Shown: positions 57,801-62,573 of the stretch, one piece after another
Layout of the letters: each line of letters opens with the position of its first letter
Numbering within the stretch: the first letter of the stretch is position 1
Assembly (NCBI GenBank): GCA_019359615.1
Contig: JAHHHA010000035.1
Coordinates: forward strand, 1-62,573
DNA length: 62,573 bases
From: Cyanosarcina radialis HA8281-LM2
GTDB taxonomy: Bacteria; Cyanobacteriota; Cyanobacteriia; Cyanobacteriales; CCAP-1448
Reading direction: 5' to 3'
Program-made: the position numbers and the translations under genes
Notes under the pieces: model-generated
The model's database searches: none
Seen by the model: only the letters and a program-made list of their open reading frames with translations
What the model was told of the DNA's origin: nothing

Positions 57801-60800
57801 AGCACCCGAAACCCCCCCCAACTTTAAGCCGGGCCTGTTAACGGGTAATTTCAATTTAGCAGGGACTACAGAATCTCTCACTCCGGAAGATTTGAGAGGA
57901 AATGGAACGGGAAGAATTAGTTTTACCGATGGGACGATAAATGCTAACGCTTTACGATTTAATAACGGTCAGTGGAACGGTAATTTTGCGATCGATAACC
58001 TGAAAGTTGGCCGCTTAGCACCCGAAACCCCCCCCAACTTTAAGCCGGGACTGATAACGGGAAATTTCAATTTGGCAGGGACTACTGAATCTCTCAGCCC
58101 GGAAGACTTGAGAGGAAGCGGCAGCGGCACAGTTAGTTTTACCGACGGGCTAATTAAAGCCTCAACTTTGGCATTTAATAACGGCAAATGGCAAGGAGAC
58201 TTGGCAATTGATAATTTAACTATTGCTAGACTATCTCCCGATCTTCCCCCTAGCGTTAAAGATGGAAAACTCACCGGAAATTTCGATTTATCTGGTAGCC
58301 TAGCGTCGTTCAAACCGGAAACTTTAGAAGGCCAAGGTAAGGGCACACTCAATGTTTTAGGAGGAACGATCGCGGCCTCAACGTTGGTATTCAACAACGG
58401 TCGCTGGCAAGGTAATTTAACTGCTGACAATCTGAATTTAGAAAACCTCGCTAAACTGGCTCCAACTAACGGCGATCTACCGTTAAAAGGTAACTTGAAT
58501 GCTACCGTCAATGCTGGCGGCAGTCTGGCTGACTTCGATCCTCAAACGATTCAGCTAGCAGGAAATCTGCGATTAGAAGATTTAGTAATTCAAAATTTAG
58601 CTTTCGATCCAGTTCTGCAAGGACAAGTAAAAGTCGCTCCCAAACAGGGAGTAAACTTACAACTAGCAGGAGTGCAAGACCGAATTGAATTAGCCCTCGC
58701 GCCGAATTATCGTCCGCTGTCGTTTTTAGTCAAATTAGATGAAGCTAGTGCGGTCGGAAAAAGTCAAGGCGATCGCTTGCTAGTTAGCACTCAAAATATT
58801 CCCCTCAACCTGTTAACTAGTTTTGCCCCCTTACCAGAGCCAATTGCCTCCAGACCGATTGGGGGCAATCTGTCGGGCGATTTTGATATTAACTTAGCCA
58901 ATCTCAATATTAGTGGTACTAATGTCGCGATCGCCAAACCATCGATCGGTACTCTCGTAGGAGATTCATTAACTGGCAATTTTAGCTACACGGGTAAAAC
59001 CGCCACCTTTAATGACATCGCGTTTCAAAAAGGCCAGAGTCGGTACTTACTCGGTGGCAGCGTCAACCTGGCAGGTAACGATCCGCAATTTCAAGCTAAA
59101 CTCGAAATTCCCCAAGGACGAATTCAAGATGTCCTCACCGCCTTGCAAATATCGGAATTGGCAGACCTGACGGGCGGTTTCGGCAACCGCGATCCCGGCA
59201 GTGCCTCTGACATTCCCACTATCACCGCTGGCATCCCTGAGGCCTCCTTATTAGAGCAAATCAGGCGGCTAGCAGAAATTGAAGTCGGCCTGCAACAACA
59301 ACGCCAGCGTCGCCAAACCGCCCTAATTCCAGAATTGAGAGATTTATCGGGCAATTTCTCCGGCGAGATTAGTGTAGCTGGTTCCTTAAAACAGGGAATT
59401 AACGCTAACTTTAACCTCCAAGGGCAAGAATGGAAATGGCAGCGTTATCAAGCCGATCGCATTATCGCTCAAGGAAGTTTTGCCGACGGCATCTTAACTT
59501 TACTGCCACTGCGAATTAGCTCCAACGATAGTCTGTTTGCCTTCTCTGGCACCATCGGAGGTGAAGAACAATCGGGTCAAGTGCAGATCCAAAACCTGCC
59601 AGCAGAAAACATCACCAGCTTTGTCAACCTCCCCTTAGACTTGACTGGCAAACTCAACGGAACTGCTACTTTATCGGGTAGTATTACCAATCCTCAAGCT
59701 AGAGGCGAGATCGATTTAGCACGAGGAACCCTCAACCAGACCCCCTTGCAGTCAGCCCAAGGCAGTTTCAACTATGCCGACTCGCGGTTAGATTTTTCTA
59801 GTACGGCGATCGTTACTGGTACCGATCCGATTCAAATTACTGGTAGCTTCCCTTATCAATTGCCCTTTGCTTCCGTACCGCCCAGTAGCGACCAATTAAC
59901 ATTAGATGTCAACGTAGCCAACCAAGGGCTAGCTTTATTAAATCTCGTCAGTAGCGGCCAAGTAAACTGGGTTGACGGCCAAGGCCGAGTCGATCTAGCC
60001 GTGCGGGGTAACATCGATCGAGAAACCGGGGAAATCCAACAATTAGTGGCTCAAGGAGTGGCGACAGTAGATGGCGCTACCATTAGCTCCCAAGCCCTAC
60101 AGGATGCCCCTTTAACCGAAGTGACAGGCAAAATCTTATTCGACCTCGATCGCGTCCAAGTGGAAAGCTTGCAGGGCAAATTCAGCGACGGTCAGATCCT
60201 AGTGGCTGGGTCGATTCCAATTTTTGAACCCCTTGCCACCGACAACCCTTTGACTGTCACCCTCGATCGATTAGCCCTCAATATCAAAGGGCGCTACAAC
60301 GGCGGGGCGAACGGCAAGGTAACAGTTACAGGCTCGGTACTCGAACCCGCCATTGGTGGCGAAATCGAGCTAGCTAACGGTCAAATCTTACTAGAAGAAG
60401 AAGCAGAAGCTAGTACCGCTCCCGAACCAGTGTCGGTCAAGGATGTGCGCACCAAACAAGCCGAGGCGGCACAGACAGAAGCAGAAGCGAGCCGCGTCGG
60501 ATTTAACAATCTCAAACTGACATTGGGGAGAGACGTGCAAATTACCCGCCCGCCAATTTTAAACTTTTTGGCTACAGGCGACATTACGATTAACGGCACT
60601 TTGGACGATATTCGCCCTGAAGGTAAAGTCGAGTTAAAGCGGGGTCAAGTCAATCTGTTTACGACTCAATTCCGCTTGGATCGGGGCTATCCCCAGACAG
60701 CCACGTTTAGAAGCGCTGGCGGCCTCACCCCTTACCTCGATGTCAGGCTAGTAGCTACAGTGCCAGAAACGACTCGCAGCCGGGTACTGAACGATCCATT

Positions 60801-61326
60801 TTTATCGGCCGAGATTAGCGATGCGCCCACCAATTACTTAGGCTCTTTACGCACCGTGCGGATTCAAGCCAGAGTTACTGGCTCGGCCGATAGGCTCAAC
60901 GAAAACCTGGAATTAACCAGCAATCCCCCCCGCAGCGAAACAGAAATCGTCGCCTTACTAGGCGGAGGTTTCGTCGAAACTCTAGGTCGAGGAGAAACCA
61001 CTTTAGGCTTAGCCAATCTCGCAGGCTCGGCACTGTTGGGTAACATTCAAAATGCGATCGGGGATGCTATAGGGTTGAGCGAATTTCGCTTGTTCCCTAC
61101 AGTCGTCACTAGCGAAAGGCGGGGAAGTTCGACTTTAGGGTTCGGTGCTGAAGCTGGGGTCGATATTACCGACAAACTCTCGGCCTCTATCCTGACAATT
61201 CTCAACGCCGATCAGCTACCTCAATACAGCATTCGCTATCGGGTGAACGATGAAGTGTTATTGCGGGGTTCGACCGATTTCTCTGGCGATACGCGGGCAG
61301 TAGTGGAATATGAAAGCAGATTTTAG
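54838..61326 (+). CDS. tamB: Giant TamB-like translocation/assembly-module protein (N-terminal signal-anchor, long beta-rich repeat region, C-terminal DUF490)
   Basis: 2162 aa. The N-terminal TM is (…ITITAGTVLLIGTIGGGIALWVWI…). About 12 consecutive ~73-aa repeats are present. The DUF490-like C-terminus is (…LGGGFVETLGRGETTLGLANLAGSALLGN…LSEFRLFPTVV…YSIRYRVNDEVLLRGSTDFSGDTRAVVEYESRF). Confidence 0.75.
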   Translation: MTNSPRNDREPESVVLPLGQRLKKICLHPITITAGTVLLIGTIGGGIALWVWIDRQLAPLLQKELTKTLNRPVQVGELEGLSLNGKLRFGPSEIPATSTDSDRASVKAVEVTFNPLQLVWNRTLELDVALIEPDIYLEQDPDKRWVATKIQRQTGGGGFIKTDLQVIRAERGNLALVPLPKEGQPKLPVGLKQVNGNARLLEEGQLINFDLTGLPANGGNLKVKGEARPSTEEINVAVAGQKLPAPDIGRLIRLQGVSILAGQAEGNLTLQLRPKMPTLISGTTRLENSIFEIAEVPQLFTRSTGNLSFKGTEVGFEDVTTTYGQIPGRVSGTIDPKTGFNISARTSPVELPRALQTLNLKLPVAASGQLQADIRLTGDIEDPILLGTVVTTKPAKVDRLNFRSLRSNFQLIDNRLSITGFRAQPTLGGSIAGVGQVNLGRKPSTIFNLQAENLPGDALANLYGAKPPIKIGAVGGKAQVFGPEGNLQTAIQFSAPQATYPATGIVVVTPKNEIVFPEATLQVGSGVVKGQGQIANNRWLASLQTANVPGQSLAPLLDNKVPPIFQGLISGNFNLAGNLNTSGQSSLQATGAGQLQYSEGRVTASNLRIANDRWQGNFTANSLPISRLAPDIPSNFQGGTIAGNFNLSGKLTAFKPETLQGNGEGRIAFPNGAVQAANLQFNDGRWRGNFTTQRLPISRLADDVPANFGIGVIAGRFNLSGSLAKVNASNIQGSGAGVVNFPDGRIATNNLRLDSGNWRGNFGINQLAIARLAPETPANFKVGQISGNFNIAGNVESLTPENLTGIGTGVVSFPDGTINASTLQFNNGQWNGNFAIDRLKLARLAPETPPNFKPGLLSGNFNLAGTTESLAPENLRGNGSGRISFSDGTINASTLQFNNGQWNGNFAIDRLKLARLAPETPPNFKPGLLSGNFNLAGTTESLAPENLRGNGSGRISFSDGIINASTLQFNNGQWNGNFAIDRLKLARLAPETPPNFKPGLLTGNFNLAGTTESLTPEDLRGNGTGRISFTDGTINANALRFNNGQWNGNFAIDNLKVGRLAPETPPNFKPGLITGNFNLAGTTESLSPEDLRGSGSGTVSFTDGLIKASTLAFNNGKWQGDLAIDNLTIARLSPDLPPSVKDGKLTGNFDLSGSLASFKPETLEGQGKGTLNVLGGTIAASTLVFNNGRWQGNLTADNLNLENLAKLAPTNGDLPLKGNLNATVNAGGSLADFDPQTIQLAGNLRLEDLVIQNLAFDPVLQGQVKVAPKQGVNLQLAGVQDRIELALAPNYRPLSFLVKLDEASAVGKSQGDRLLVSTQNIPLNLLTSFAPLPEPIASRPIGGNLSGDFDINLANLNISGTNVAIAKPSIGTLVGDSLTGNFSYTGKTATFNDIAFQKGQSRYLLGGSVNLAGNDPQFQAKLEIPQGRIQDVLTALQISELADLTGGFGNRDPGSASDIPTITAGIPEASLLEQIRRLAEIEVGLQQQRQRRQTALIPELRDLSGNFSGEISVAGSLKQGINANFNLQGQEWKWQRYQADRIIAQGSFADGILTLLPLRISSNDSLFAFSGTIGGEEQSGQVQIQNLPAENITSFVNLPLDLTGKLNGTATLSGSITNPQARGEIDLARGTLNQTPLQSAQGSFNYADSRLDFSSTAIVTGTDPIQITGSFPYQLPFASVPPSSDQLTLDVNVANQGLALLNLVSSGQVNWVDGQGRVDLAVRGNIDRETGEIQQLVAQGVATVDGATISSQALQDAPLTEVTGKILFDLDRVQVESLQGKFSDGQILVAGSIPIFEPLATDNPLTVTLDRLALNIKGRYNGGANGKVTVTGSVLEPAIGGEIELANGQILLEEEAEASTAPEPVSVKDVRTKQAEAAQTEAEASRVGFNNLKLTLGRDVQITRPPILNFLATGDITINGTLDDIRPEGKVELKRGQVNLFTTQFRLDRGYPQTATFRSAGGLTPYLDVRLVATVPETTRSRVLNDPFLSAEISDAPTNYLGSLRTVRIQARVTGSADRLNENLELTSNPPRSETEIVALLGGGFVETLGRGETTLGLANLAGSALLGNIQNAIGDAIGLSEFRLFPTVVTSERRGSSTLGFGAEAGVDITDKLSASILTILNADQLPQYSIRYRVNDEVLLRGSTDFSGDTRAVVEYESRF
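57290..58200 (+). repeat. Five near-identical in-frame 219-bp tandem repeats within tamB (unit …INASTLQFNNGQWNGNFAIDRLKLARLAPETPPNFKPGLLSGNFNLAGTTESLAPENLRGNGSGRISFSDGT)
   Basis: Nearly perfect DNA-level repeats are visible at 57290-57730, with diverging copies on both sides. The amino-acid repeat period is 73. Confidence 0.85.
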
Positions 61327-61670
61327 GATCGATCGTAGTCCTCAATAATGTCTTGCAGGTCTGCGGCAGCAACATCATCTCGATCGGACTTTGTATAGAG
61401 CGTTAGAAGCAAAATTGAGGTTGTAGTCTTGAGATAATAGATGAGTCTATAGCCACCGCTTTTTCCTTTTTGAATGTCAGTATTTCTGACACGAACTTTG
61501 AATACTGGGTAGCCAAGATCGGGGATTCGATCGCCAGGTGTTTCACCGCTTTCTAGTCGATCGAGGATTGGCTGAAGATCTTCAAGAATGTTACGGTATT
61601 TCTTTTTAAGCGTTCTAATATTGCGAGTGAAGGTAGGTAAAGCGACGATCGTAACCCTTGAATCACTCAT
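61323..61670 (-). CDS. RelE/ParE-superfamily-like toxin (putative)
   Basis: 115 aa. The motif …KGKSGGYRLIYYL… resembles the RelE/ParE-type 'GxYRxIY' signature. Its start overlaps the end of the upstream small ORF. Confidence 0.5.
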   Translation of the reverse strand: MSDSRVTIVALPTFTRNIRTLKKKYRNILEDLQPILDRLESGETPGDRIPDLGYPVFKVRVRNTDIQKGKSGGYRLIYYLKTTTSILLLTLYTKSDRDDVAAADLQDIIEDYDRS

Positions 61671-61902
61671 TTTTTAGTTCTTCCCAAAGTCGATCGACTG
61701 GCATTCCTTGTTCGGTCATTGCCTCATGCCATGCTTGCCGAAAATCGCTCAAAACTTGTTCTTTGGGAGTGTCATCAGACAAATTTAAGGTATTTGCTTT
61801 CTGGGTGCGAAATTCTAGGAACTCTATAAAATCGGCGACTTGACGGAGGCGCTCGTCGGGGAACGTGTCAAGTTTTTGTTTGAGGATTTCGCGAAGGCTC
61901 AT
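61663..61902 (-). CDS. Putative antitoxin (79 aa) paired with the RelE/ParE-like toxin
   Basis: A small ORF overlapping the toxin start by 8 bp. It is acidic and helical. Confidence 0.45.
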   Translation of the reverse strand: MSLREILKQKLDTFPDERLRQVADFIEFLEFRTQKANTLNLSDDTPKEQVLSDFRQAWHEAMTEQGMPVDRLWEELKNE

Positions 61903-62036
61903 AGGGCTAAGTTATTGAGGTCACAATGTCTATTATCGTTTGTTTCTCTGCTTCAGCGACATACGCCAGATCCGCTCTTATTGCTATAGACGAATCGGAA
62001 AATGCGCGTTATCGCCAACATCTCGATCGCGAGTGT

Positions 62037-62399
62037 TTAGCTCGAACTACCCACGCTGCTAATTTCTTTAACCGCCAGCATCAAGGAGTCGATCGTCAGC
62101 CTGAGAGAACCTAACGAGATCATGCCCCAAATTGTCCCCCAAACAAGATGTTGCCCGCTTAAAAGGGCGATCGCCATTGCTCCTGCTAAGAAGGCAAAGC
62201 CATATACCAATACGGTTTCGGCAACAGCAGCCGCTATGACTATTAATCGTTTTTTTCCGTTGGAAGTGTTTTTAGAGAAACTTCTGGCTATAAGGATGGC
62301 CGAGACTGAGCCGCCAATTACGGCTGAGGCGATCGCAATTTGCGAATTATTGCCCGTACTGCTGCCACCATAGAAAAACCCTAGCAAAGCTCCAGACAT
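62037..62399 (-). CDS. Hypothetical multi-TM membrane protein (120 aa)
   Basis: Three hydrophobic segments with no recognisable family. Confidence 0.3.
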   Translation of the reverse strand: MSGALLGFFYGGSSTGNNSQIAIASAVIGGSVSAILIARSFSKNTSNGKKRLIVIAAAVAETVLVYGFAFLAGAMAIALLSGQHLVWGTIWGMISLGSLRLTIDSLMLAVKEISSVGSSS

Positions 62400-62573
62400 C
62401 GCTCCAGAAATTGTCCTCGCTACATTCTCTACTCGTTTATTTTTGTTACTAGTGCAGCGTGGCGAAAATAAGTGACCAGCTTAAGCGGGTTCGGGAAACC
62501 CCTGAAATTTCCAGACAAAAGGTTTAGCCAAAGTGCGGTTGAAGTAGTCAATAAAATCAAGAATCTTCTGCGT

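Noticed and set aside
57969-58511. 180-aa minus-strand ORF inside tamB
   Set aside because: It lies entirely within the near-identical tamB repeats on the opposite strand. The repetitive sequence trivially yields long antisense ORFs. It has no RBS or independent support.

Overview
This is a 62.6-kb chromosomal segment from a cyanobacterium. The HIP1 octamer GCGATCGC occurs roughly twice per kb by eye, far above chance, and STRR-like heptamer/octamer microsatellites are frequent, which suggests a filamentous lineage. No rRNA, tRNA or CRISPR array could be recognised by eye.

Recognisable core genes: flotillin/SPFH, dCTP deaminase, RsmB, Ddl, CysC, IctB-like, alpha-glucan phosphorylase, RsgA, DesC-type desaturase, a UDP-sugar epimerase and a giant TamB-like protein. 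A tyrosine-catabolism pair (HPPD and HmgA) sits beside a divergent Lrp regulator.

The most unusual region is a roughly 16-kb accessory locus (5.0-21.4 kb). It encodes four DUF11 'conserved repeat domain' secreted proteins, one also carrying a GEVED domain and one an SdrD-B-like domain. It also encodes a 1276-aa protein with N-terminal Thr/Asn tandem repeats, Big_1-like domains and a C-terminal predicted beta-barrel, plus beta-helix paralogs. This looks like a candidate surface-fibre or adhesin system.

The window is also full of small mobile or structured repeats:
- A REP-like palindrome family with its cognate RAYT transposase; copies are inserted in-frame inside the HPPD and RAYT coding regions.
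- MITEs with 14-bp terminal inverted repeats CTACCGTGTATA(C/T)A.
- Nested-hairpin repeat families.
- A 4x 130-bp tandem duplication of the dcd 3' end.
- Five near-identical 219-bp in-frame repeats inside tamB.
- Two convergent two-gene cassettes (small protein plus retropepsin-like aspartic protease) embedded among three copies of the 3' end of a neighbouring gene.

Several TA-like modules (VapBC, a RelE/ParE-like pair, an orphan AbrB), an HNH endonuclease coupled to a glycine-zipper protein, a Uma2 nuclease, an Rpn-family nuclease, a serpin and an orphan ParA complete the picture.
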